Part shown: piece after piece, positions 1 through 8,158 of the stretch | Layout of the letters: every line of letters begins with the position of its first letter | Numbering within the stretch: the first letter of the stretch is position 1 | Origin: an uncultured Sanguibacteroides sp. | Lineage (GTDB): Bacteria; Bacteroidota; Bacteroidia; Bacteroidales; Marinifilaceae | Length of the DNA stretch: 64,000 nucleotides | Assembly (NCBI RefSeq): GCF_900543425.1 | Contig: NZ_UQRQ01000005.1 | Span: 1,597 to 65,596 of the forward strand | Reading direction: 5' to 3' | Notes under the pieces: generated by a model | The model's input: the letters and a program-made list of their open reading frames with translations, nothing else | Database searches by the model: none | Told to the model about the DNA's origin: nothing | Translations under genes and position numbers: made by a program

Positions 1-744
1 TTCTAACATAAAAGAAGCCCATAAAGTGCCATTAGGCGAAAGCCCGCGGCCCGAAAAGTGGCGAGCAGGCAAACAATGCACTCGCATCCCCTCCATCGGT
101 CTGATACTCTCTTCCCAATCCAATTCGATAATACGATCTTTATCGTATCCCCAATACTCAAAATGCTCTCCCACTCCCAATCCGCAAATCACCTTCCCCA
201 CCCGCTGCTTAATACGCTTTACCGTCTCGTAATCCAAATGATCCCAGTGATCGTGCGAAATAATGAGATAGTCCACATCAGGAATATCGTCCGGGGTATA
301 AAGATCAGAACCCTTGAAAGGTCGAAACATAAGCGATGCTGGAAAAACATGGGTTAAAACCGGATCTACTAAAAAACGGATACCGTCCGCCTGAATGAAA
401 TAGGAAGAGTGACCGAACCATATCAATACGTCTTCTTTACGATCCAAGCGATGTAAATCTTGCTTTTGTCCGGGAAGTGATTTTTGAGGTTTCAGCCGTT
501 CCCGCTTATCGAAGAGGAAATTCCACATCGTAGCCAACTTTCCCCTATCCGAAGTCATCTGTTGTGTTGGGGTAAGGTTCTGAAACTGTCCGTTACGATA
601 GTTAGGCGACAGCTCTATACGCTCCAAGCGTTTCCCGTTTGGAGCCTTACCGAAACTGGGATGATTCAGTATTATCATAGTTATAATACCAAGTACTATA
701 ACAACCGATACAATAATAGTCAGCGTCATACGTATTATTCTCAT
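1..744 (-). CDS. MBL-fold metallo-hydrolase (NAPE-PLD-like); C-terminal end cut by window edge
   Basis: Absent from the ORF track because it runs off the window. My reverse-strand translation from the ATG at 744-742 stays open to base 1: MRIIRMTLTIIVSVVIVLGIITMIILNHPSFGKAPNGKRLERIELSPNY...DYLIISHDHWDHLDYETVKRI. It has an N-terminal TM anchor and the HxHxDH metallo-beta-lactamase motif. Confidence 0.8.
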   Translation of the reverse strand, partial: MRIIRMTLTIIVSVVIVLGIITMIILNHPSFGKAPNGKRLERIELSPNYRNGQFQNLTPTQQMTSDRGKLATMWNFLFDKRERLKPQKSLPGQKQDLHRLDRKEDVLIWFGHSSYFIQADGIRFLVDPVLTHVFPASLMFRPFKGSDLYTPDDIPDVDYLIISHDHWDHLDYETVKRIKQRVGKVICGLGVGEHFEYWGYDKDRIIELDWEESIRPMEGMRVHCLPARHFSGRGLSPNGTLWASFMLE

Positions 745-938
745 CTATTATTTTATTTATTCGATACAAATATAAACGCAAAACAAAAGACAATGAGTAT
801 ACCAATTACAGATATTCCTACCATTATTACAGATCAAAAATAAAAACCGAACAAACATTTATAACGTTATGACCTATTGACGTTTTGCTTCATACCCGTC
901 CTCTCCTTTATATATTATCCTTTATCAATTCGGTGATC

Positions 939-1003
939 GGTAATATTGGTATAACAATCCGTAATCCATATACCCGCATTTCGATTTATCCGACCTAATT
1001 TTG
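939..1003 (+). promoter_or_regulatory. 35-bp operator-like motif (939-973) plus -7 promoter box TAATTTTG (996-1003) upstream of the flavoprotein gene
   Basis: GGTAATATTGGTATAACAATCCGTAATCCATATAC matches 2383-2417 at 28/35 positions. It has the identical 23-bp offset to a TAnnTTTG box. Confidence 0.55.
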
Positions 1004-1089
1004 TCATACAAAATAGCGTACGAATACAATGACAAAACAACAATACCATATTAAAATCATCTATTTACCTATAAAATAAATTTAAACAT

Positions 1090-1629
1090 ATGAATAAAAA
1101 AATACTGGTATTATCATCAAGTCCGCGAAAAGGCGGAAATTCCGACTCGTTGTGCGATGAATTAATAAAAGGAGCAAAGGAAGCAGGTCACCAGGCAGAG
1201 AAGATATTTCTAAGGGATAAAGTTATTCATTACTGTACAGGATGCGGTATTTGTAGCATGTACGGAAAGCCCTGTCCGCAGAAGGACGATGCAGCCGAGA
1301 TTGTAGAGAAGATGATTACCGCCGACGTGATTGTCATGGCCACTCCTGTCTATTTCTATACGATGAGTGCTCAAATGAAAACAATGATTGACCGTACCTG
1401 TGCTCGTTACACGGAAATCAACAACAAAGAATTCTACTTCATTGTCACGGCAGCAGACACGAATAAACAGGCAATGGAGCGTACTCTGGAAGGATTTCGA
1501 GGCTTTTTGGATTGCCTGAACGGAGCCGTCGAGAAAGGGGCTATTTACGGTACGGGAGTATGGAAAATCGGCGAAATAGAGCACAAACCTGTCTTAAAAG
1601 AAGCCTACGAAACAGGTAAAAATATTTAA
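1090..1629 (+). CDS. iron-sulfur flavoprotein (Isf-like, flavodoxin-fold FMN reductase family)
   Basis: 179 aa. LVLSSSPRKGGNS flavodoxin-like N-terminus. CTGCGICSMYGKPC is the compact C-x2-C-x2-C-x6-C 4Fe-4S motif typical of Isf proteins. Confidence 0.7.
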   Translation: MNKKILVLSSSPRKGGNSDSLCDELIKGAKEAGHQAEKIFLRDKVIHYCTGCGICSMYGKPCPQKDDAAEIVEKMITADVIVMATPVYFYTMSAQMKTMIDRTCARYTEINNKEFYFIVTAADTNKQAMERTLEGFRGFLDCLNGAVEKGAIYGTGVWKIGEIEHKPVLKEAYETGKNI

Positions 1630-1699
1630 TGACAAATATCTCCTCGAACTAATAGGACAAAAATTTTTATCAAAAGAATATAAACCTAAAACAAAAAAG

Positions 1700-2263
1700 A
1701 TGGTCACAAAAAGTTTAATATCAATCATGATGGTTATGGCAATATTCAGCACAAATTCAGAGGCCCAAAAAACTTCGACCGGGAAAAAAGTATTAGTCGT
1801 CTATTTCTCTCGTAGTGGAAATACCCGGGCAATAGCAAATCATATCAAAGAGATTACGGGTGGAGACTTATTTGAGATTCAAGTAACAAAACCCTATCCT
1901 GCAGAATATCGTGCATGTACAGACGTCGCAAAAAAAGAGAAAGAAAATCAAGCTCGTCCAGCTCTTAAAAACAAAATCGAAAATATAGCACAGTATGATA
2001 CGATCTTTATCGGTTATCCGAACTGGTGGGGAACAATGCCTATGCCTATATTGACGTTTATCGAAAGTTATGATTTTTCAGGAAAAATCCTTATTCCGTT
2101 CTGTACCCACGGAGGTGGCGGTGAGCAGAATTGCTTTACAGACTTCATAAAACATACCGATAAATACGAGCACAAAAAAGGTTTTTTAACCAATGGAGAA
2201 AAGGCAAAATCATCACGCGAGGAAGTAGAAAAATGGCTGCATGAAATCGGAATTATAAAATAA
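1700..2263 (+). CDS. flavodoxin-like protein with N-terminal signal peptide (predicted exported)
   Basis: 187 aa. Hydrophobic leader MVTKSLISIMMVMAIFSTNSEAQ, then the flavodoxin FMN-loop VVYFSRSGNTR and GYPNWWG. Confidence 0.7.
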   Translation: MVTKSLISIMMVMAIFSTNSEAQKTSTGKKVLVVYFSRSGNTRAIANHIKEITGGDLFEIQVTKPYPAEYRACTDVAKKEKENQARPALKNKIENIAQYDTIFIGYPNWWGTMPMPILTFIESYDFSGKILIPFCTHGGGGEQNCFTDFIKHTDKYEHKKGFLTNGEKAKSSREEVEKWLHEIGIIK

Positions 2264-2382
2264 AGGGATGGACCAAAAGGGTGAGTGTATATCCCTCGTG
2301 TAGGCGGAAAGAGAATTTTAGAATTCAATTTACCGCCTATTTTTAGGCCCACCCCAAATCTATTTCATATAAAAATCAAATC

Positions 2383-2447
2383 AGTAAAATTGGTATAACT
2401 CTCTGTAATCTGTATACAAAACATACCCTTTCAACTCATTAATTTTG
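2383..2447 (+). promoter_or_regulatory. 35-bp operator-like motif (2383-2417) plus -7 box TAATTTTG (2440-2447) upstream of the polyferredoxin operon
   Basis: AGTAAAATTGGTATAACTCTCTGTAATCTGTATAC. Same motif and same 23-bp spacing to the -7 box as at 939-1003. Confidence 0.55.
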
Positions 2448-2615
2448 TATCAACATCAATACGACCAAGTATTTAATGAATAAAACAGGAAACACAATAC
2501 AATTCCCTAAATACATCAGAACCGGGGAAAAAAGATGCAAAAACAATTATCCACAGGAAAATTGTGCAGACCTATTTTCCGGTAAACTAATATTTACTCT
2601 TAAAAAACATACACC

Positions 2616-4094
2616 ATGTTACGTACTATCAGACTAACAATTGCCATCGTGAGTTTAATTCTCATCTCCCTGCTATTCCTCGATTTTACAGGAACGTTAC
2701 ATACGTGGTTCGGCTGGTTGGCCAAAATACAATTTCTGCCGGCTCTACTGGCATGGAATGTTGGTGTGGTGCTATCTCTTATCATACTGACATTCGTATT
2801 CGGACGTATTTACTGTTCCGTCATTTGTCCCCTCGGTATATTTCAAGATGTCATTTCCTGGCTGGCAGGAAAACAAAAGAAGAATCGGTTCCGCTATTCA
2901 CCCGCTTTATCTTGGCTACGATACGGCATATTAGCCGTGTTTATCATCGCCTTACTTGCAGGTATCAACTCGTTGGTCGCACTACTCGCTCCTTACAGTG
3001 CCTACGGTCGTATCGTTTCTAATCTATTCGCTCCCCTTTGGCAATGGGGAAATAACCTATTGGCTTATGGAGCCGAGAGAATAAACAACTATACATTTTA
3101 TTCCGTTGAAATATGGATGAAAAGTGCAGCGACCTTAGGTATCGCAATCACGACTTTTATCGTCCTCGCTCTATTGGCATGGCGGAACGGACGTAGTTAT
3201 TGCAACACAATTTGTCCTATTGGCACCCTACTCGGATTTTTATCTCGTTACTCCATTTTCAAACCTGTAATAGACACCTCCAAATGTAATAGTTGCGGTT
3301 TATGTGCCCGCAATTGTAAAGCATCCTGTATCGACTCCCAAAAGCACGAAATTGATTACAGCCGTTGCGTAACCTGCATGGACTGTCTGGGAATATGTAA
3401 ACGGGACGCCATCAAATACGTACGCCCCAACACGGTTAAAATCGAAAACAGAGATCAACAGATCAACAAGGCTCGTCGCAACTTTCTCACGGTAACGGCC
3501 CTGTTTGCAACAAGCACAGCACTAAAAGCTCAAGAGAAAAAAGTAGACGGCGGCTTAGCCACTATAGAAGATAAAAAAATTCCAGACCGTACCACTTCCC
3601 TCACTCCTCCCGGTTCCCTGAGTATACGCAATTTCACTAAGCATTGTACGGCCTGTCAGCTATGCGTATCGGTTTGTCCGAATCATGTATTGCGTCCCTC
3701 TGACGCTCTCTCTACATTCATGCAACCCGAAATGTCGTACGAGCGAGGCTATTGTCGTCCGGAATGTACCAAATGCTCGGAAATCTGTCCTACCGGGGCA
3801 ATTCATCCGATTACCACGGCGGATAAATCGGCTGTCCAAATCGGTCACGCCGTATGGATAAAAGAAAATTGTGTTCCTCTGACTGACGGAGTTAACTGTG
3901 GCAACTGTGCCCGCCATTGTCCGACAGAGGCTATACAAATGGTTCCCTCCGATCCGAACATATCAACCTCACTTCGGATTCCAGTAGTGAATACAGAACG
4001 CTGCATCGGTTGCGGAGCCTGTGAGTATTTATGCCCGGCACGACCTTTTAGCGCTATTTACGTGGAAGGACACCAGTCGCACCGAATTGTATAA
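2616..4094 (+). CDS. membrane polyferredoxin, NapH-like N-terminal half fused to a NapG-like C-terminal half
   Basis: 492 aa. Has TM helices and two CX3CP motifs (CSVICP, CNTICP). Two 4Fe-4S motifs (CNSCGLCARNC, CVTCMDCLGIC) come next. An internal RRNFLTVTALFATSTALKA segment follows, then four more Cys clusters (CTACQLCVSVCP, CRPECTKCSEICP, CGNCARHCP, CIGCGACEYLCP). Confidence 0.75.
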   Translation: MLRTIRLTIAIVSLILISLLFLDFTGTLHTWFGWLAKIQFLPALLAWNVGVVLSLIILTFVFGRIYCSVICPLGIFQDVISWLAGKQKKNRFRYSPALSWLRYGILAVFIIALLAGINSLVALLAPYSAYGRIVSNLFAPLWQWGNNLLAYGAERINNYTFYSVEIWMKSAATLGIAITTFIVLALLAWRNGRSYCNTICPIGTLLGFLSRYSIFKPVIDTSKCNSCGLCARNCKASCIDSQKHEIDYSRCVTCMDCLGICKRDAIKYVRPNTVKIENRDQQINKARRNFLTVTALFATSTALKAQEKKVDGGLATIEDKKIPDRTTSLTPPGSLSIRNFTKHCTACQLCVSVCPNHVLRPSDALSTFMQPEMSYERGYCRPECTKCSEICPTGAIHPITTADKSAVQIGHAVWIKENCVPLTDGVNCGNCARHCPTEAIQMVPSDPNISTSLRIPVVNTERCIGCGACEYLCPARPFSAIYVEGHQSHRIV

Positions 4095-4153
4095 CATACT
4101 TCATATTAGTAAAAAATGAACCCATTTACCACACAATTGAAGCAAGAAACACG

Positions 4154-4570
4154 ATGACCGCAAACTTAATTCACATACTGCATTCAGGCAAATATTCCTG
4201 CGTAATTGCCAATAACGGGTCGATCCGTACTTTCAAACAACCCGGAATAGCGGATTTATACGACTTACTTCAACAAGACGTCTCTTTTCTTCAGGGAGCT
4301 ATCGTTGCAGATAAAGTTGTAGGCAAAGCGGCAGCCACGTTGATGATATTGGGAAACATACAACAAGTATATGCGGATATTATCAGCCAATCGGCCCTGG
4401 AACTATTACAAAATACAGACATTCAGGTAGACTTCGGACAACTTGTCCCTTTCATTGAAAATCGGGATAAAACCGGATGGTGCCCGCTGGAATCGGCTTG
4501 TTTCGAGATCAAATCGACGAAAGATATCTTCCCTATTATACAGAATTTTATATCAAATATTAGAAAATGA
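4154..4570 (+). CDS. small conserved protein, DUF1893/TM1506-like
   Basis: 138 aa with no signal peptide. ...VADKVVGKAAATLMILG... pattern. Its stop overlaps the next ATG (ATGA), implying translational coupling in the operon. The family name is from memory only. Confidence 0.5.
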   Translation: MTANLIHILHSGKYSCVIANNGSIRTFKQPGIADLYDLLQQDVSFLQGAIVADKVVGKAAATLMILGNIQQVYADIISQSALELLQNTDIQVDFGQLVPFIENRDKTGWCPLESACFEIKSTKDIFPIIQNFISNIRK

Positions 4571-6456
4571 ATAAGAATATAATTTGTATACTAATAATTA
4601 ACCTGTTACTCTCCATCGGATCAAATGCACAATCCCGAAAAGACAGTACGCGTACGACCAGAAACTATGCCATAGATGAAGTCGTCGTTACGGGTACGCG
4701 CAATGAAACGGATATCCGGCATTTACCCATGAGTATATCGGTAATCGGACGGCATCAGATCGAACGCAGGTATGAACAATCTTTGCTACCCATACTAACC
4801 GAACAGATACCGGGATTTTTCACTACAAGCCGGAGTATTATGGGATACGGCATATCCACAGGAGCCGCCGGAGGCATGAGCTTGAGGGGTATCGGAGGCA
4901 GTCCGACAACCGGCTTACTGGTATTAATAGACGGTCACCCGCAATACATGGGATTAATGGGCCATCCGCTGGCCGATGCCTACCAATCCATGTTAGCCGA
5001 GAAAGTAGAGGTCGTACGGGGTCCCGCATCCGTTTTATACGGTTCAAATGCTATGGGTGGTGTCATTAACATCGTCACTCGTAAACAACGGGATAATGGC
5101 ATAAAAAACCATGCAAGAGCAAGTTACGGCTCTTACAACACCTTAACGACCGAGGTCTCCAATCAAATCCGGCAGGGACGCTTTACCAGCTTGGTAACCG
5201 GTTCTTACAATCGGACCGACGGACATCGTTCTGATATGGAATTTGAGCAATACGGAGGTTATGCCAAACTGGGATACGAACTAAGTCGTATCTGGAATTT
5301 ATTCGCGGATATAAACCTGACTCATTATAATACTTCTAATCCCGGTACAACGACCTCTCCCGTTTTCGACAATGATTCACGGATTACTCGTGGTGTAACC
5401 TCTTTCTCTCTCGAAAATAATTACAAACGTACGTCGGGAGCCCTGAAATTCTATTATAATTGGGGACGCCATAGAATTAACGACGGCTATTCTCGTGAAG
5501 AAGAACCCTTAAATTACCGGTTTCATTCCACGGATAAGATGTTAGGCCTCACTTGGTATCAAAGTGCCACGCTATTTACCGGTAACCGAATAACCGTCGG
5601 AGTGGATTATCAACATATCGGAGGTGAAGCATGGAATAAATTTTTGAATGGTGACCGCACGGATATCGTCAACAAATCAGAGAATGAAATAGCCGGATAC
5701 ATGGATTTTCGTCAGTCCATCGGAAGAATTTTTACTTTAAACGCGGGAGTCCGGGTAGATCACCATTCCCAAAGCGGAACAGAATGGATTCCTCAGGTCG
5801 GACTGAGTGCGCAACTCCGACAAAACGCCGAACTAAAAGCCATGATGAGCAAAGGTTTTCGAAACCCGACGCTTCGTGAACTATATATGTTCGGTTCCCA
5901 AAACCCGGACCTTAAGCCCGAACGAATCATAAACTATGAACTTTCCTGGTCCCAACGCCTGATGAGAAACACTTTGTCATATGGAATAAATCTTTTCTAT
6001 ATCAACGGAGATAACACCATTCAAACCGTAGTCATGGAAGACAACCGTCGCAGAAATATCAATACAGGAAAGATCGAAAACTGGGGAATTGAAACAAATA
6101 TGGTTTACCGGCTGAATCCGTCTTGGAATATATCAGCCAATTACAGCTGGCTACGAATGGTACATCCGGTTATAGCAGCTCCCGAACATAAGCTATATGC
6201 CGGAGCAGATTTTGCCCGGGGGAGATGGAATATATCGACAGGAGTAATGTATGTTCAGGGACTTTACACAACGGTTAAACCTTCCGAGAAAAAAGAAAAC
6301 TTTGTACTATGGAATATGCGGGGAAGTTATCGGGTCTTCCATTTTGCAGATCTTTTCGTTCGCGGAGAAAACTTGCTTGCACAAAGCTATGAAGTCAATA
6401 TCGGCTATCCGATGCCCAAAGCCACGTTTATGGGGGGAATGAATTTCAATTTTTAA
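4567..6456 (+). CDS. TonB-dependent receptor (plug + beta-barrel)
   Basis: 629 aa. Signal peptide, TonB-box/plug start DEVVVTGTR, plug motifs (VRGPASVLYGSNAMGGVINIV), and a C-terminal aromatic end ...GGMNFNF. Confidence 0.85.
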   Translation: MNKNIICILIINLLLSIGSNAQSRKDSTRTTRNYAIDEVVVTGTRNETDIRHLPMSISVIGRHQIERRYEQSLLPILTEQIPGFFTTSRSIMGYGISTGAAGGMSLRGIGGSPTTGLLVLIDGHPQYMGLMGHPLADAYQSMLAEKVEVVRGPASVLYGSNAMGGVINIVTRKQRDNGIKNHARASYGSYNTLTTEVSNQIRQGRFTSLVTGSYNRTDGHRSDMEFEQYGGYAKLGYELSRIWNLFADINLTHYNTSNPGTTTSPVFDNDSRITRGVTSFSLENNYKRTSGALKFYYNWGRHRINDGYSREEEPLNYRFHSTDKMLGLTWYQSATLFTGNRITVGVDYQHIGGEAWNKFLNGDRTDIVNKSENEIAGYMDFRQSIGRIFTLNAGVRVDHHSQSGTEWIPQVGLSAQLRQNAELKAMMSKGFRNPTLRELYMFGSQNPDLKPERIINYELSWSQRLMRNTLSYGINLFYINGDNTIQTVVMEDNRRRNINTGKIENWGIETNMVYRLNPSWNISANYSWLRMVHPVIAAPEHKLYAGADFARGRWNISTGVMYVQGLYTTVKPSEKKENFVLWNMRGSYRVFHFADLFVRGENLLAQSYEVNIGYPMPKATFMGGMNFNF

Positions 6457-6461
6457 CATAA

Positions 6462-6980
6462 ATGAATATGAAAACAACAACCGTAAAACTTTACTCGTTA
6501 CCGTACAACGAGGCAAAAACCTACCTGGTAACCACCCTATTTGTACTGGGCAATATAGTCCTGCCACAACTATGCCACCTGCTTCCTCAAGGAGGTATTA
6601 CCTGGCTTCCCATCTACTTCTTTACCCTTATCGGAGCTTATAAATACGGTTGGAAAGTCGGATTACTCACCGCCGTTTTTTCCCCGACTATCAATTCGCT
6701 GCTCTTCGGAATGCCTCTTCCGGTAGCATTACCCGCCATCCTGATGAAATCCATATTATTAGCCGTGATTGCCGGATGGTGTGCTCATCGCTTCAAATAT
6801 ATTTCGCTACCCCTTCTAATCCTGGTAGTATTTTCCTACCAGTTCATCGGCATATTGGGGGAATGGCTTCTCGTAGGAGACTTTTCCCGGGCAGTACAGG
6901 ACTTGCGTATCGGACTACCCGGTATCGGTTTACAAATTTTCGGAGGATACCTATTTATCAAACATTTAATTAACAAATAA
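6462..6980 (+). CDS. ECF-transporter S-component-like membrane protein
   Basis: 172 aa, 5-6 TM. LPIYFFTLIGAYKYGWKVGLLTAVFSPTINSLLFGMPLP resembles the substrate-capture S-component pattern. Substrate unknown. Confidence 0.5.
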   Translation: MNMKTTTVKLYSLPYNEAKTYLVTTLFVLGNIVLPQLCHLLPQGGITWLPIYFFTLIGAYKYGWKVGLLTAVFSPTINSLLFGMPLPVALPAILMKSILLAVIAGWCAHRFKYISLPLLILVVFSYQFIGILGEWLLVGDFSRAVQDLRIGLPGIGLQIFGGYLFIKHLINK

Positions 6981-6992
6981 ACATTCAACACC

Positions 6993-7199
6993 ATGATTAC
7001 ACCATTACTTATCGGAATCGGGACACAGGAAATCCTGTTTATTATCCTTGTCGTTTTACTATTTTTCGGGGGGAAAAAAATTCCCGAACTGATGAAAGGA
7101 ATCGGTAAAGGGGTACGCAGCTTTAAAGAAGGAATGAACGGTATTGAAACCACAAGTGAAAAAACAAAACCGGAAAAAGAAGAGACACCAAAACCATGA
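6993..7199 (+). CDS. tatA: twin-arginine translocase subunit TatA/E
   Basis: 68 aa. Single TM then amphipathic helix: ILFIILVVLLFFGGKKIPELMKGIGKGVRSFKEG. Confidence 0.9.
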   Translation: MITPLLIGIGTQEILFIILVVLLFFGGKKIPELMKGIGKGVRSFKEGMNGIETTSEKTKPEKEETPKP

Positions 7200-8017
7200 A
7201 CGAAACCGACGGCAGTAAAATACAAACTTTCTGGGAACATCTGGATGAATTAAGAGTTTACCTGCTAAAGATAGCAGCAGTAACGATCGTGTGCGGAATC
7301 GTGGCATTCCTGTTCAAAGAAGAACTGTTCACCATTATTCTGGCACCTAAACAAGATGATTTCATCACCTACAGGATATTCAATCTCATGAGTAGTTGGT
7401 TATCTCTGTCAGATGCAAATTCCGGAATCTTTTCCGTCAAACTGATAAATACGGGATTAGCAGAACAATTTATTATTCACGTAAAAACAGCCCTATATGC
7501 AGGTATACTTTGTGCTTCTCCTTATATCTTGTATCTGCTGTTCCGTTTTGTCTCTCCCGCTTTATACTCCAAAGAAAAAAAATATGCACTACGAATGGTC
7601 GGCGGAGGTTATGCTATGTTCATAATAGGTGTAGCACTAAACTACCTGTTAATCTTTCCGCTGACCTTTCGTTTCCTCGGTACCTATCAAGTAAGCAATG
7701 AAGTTGAAAATATGATTTCGTTACAATCGTACATGGATACTTTGCTAATGATGAACCTGATGATGGGGATCGTCTTTGAAATTCCTATTTTATGCTGGTT
7801 ACTCGCCCTATTCGGATTTATCTCCGCTCCATTTATGCGACACTACCGTCGACACGCGATTGTGATCATTCTCGTCATTGCCGCTATTATCACACCTACA
7901 TCGGATGTATTCACCCTCTCGCTGGTAGCCATGCCCATGTGTTTACTTTATGAAATAAGTATTTTACTTGTAAAACGGACTGTTCCAAAGAAGATTAAGA
8001 CAAACAATAACAGTTAA
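7196..8017 (+). CDS. tatC: twin-arginine translocase subunit TatC
   Basis: 273 aa, 6 TM. FWEHLDELRVYLLK N-terminus typical of TatC. ATGA overlap with tatA. Confidence 0.9.
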   Translation: MNETDGSKIQTFWEHLDELRVYLLKIAAVTIVCGIVAFLFKEELFTIILAPKQDDFITYRIFNLMSSWLSLSDANSGIFSVKLINTGLAEQFIIHVKTALYAGILCASPYILYLLFRFVSPALYSKEKKYALRMVGGGYAMFIIGVALNYLLIFPLTFRFLGTYQVSNEVENMISLQSYMDTLLMMNLMMGIVFEIPILCWLLALFGFISAPFMRHYRRHAIVIILVIAAIITPTSDVFTLSLVAMPMCLLYEISILLVKRTVPKKIKTNNNS

Positions 8018-8158
8018 ACGCCCTACTCCTCTCCGTTTATTTGTTGCGATTGATAATAAATCAGCAATTTATAAACTAAAAAAGTAGTTATTCCGATTTT
8101 TATTTCATATATTTGCTAAAAGTGCTAATAATAAATCGGACCTACTAAAACCGCTGTT

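Noticed and set aside
26-843. Three plus-strand track ORFs (26..232, 58..357, 484..843)
   Set aside because: They lie antisense to a much better minus-strand reading frame (1..744) that encodes a recognisable MBL-fold hydrolase with the HxHxDH motif. Their translations are low-complexity and lack motifs.
4116-4157. 13-codon upstream ORF (MNPFTTQLKQETR) ending in ATGA overlap with the DUF1893-like gene
   Set aside because: It is too short to evaluate and there is no conservation information. It may be coincidental in the 60-nt intergenic gap.
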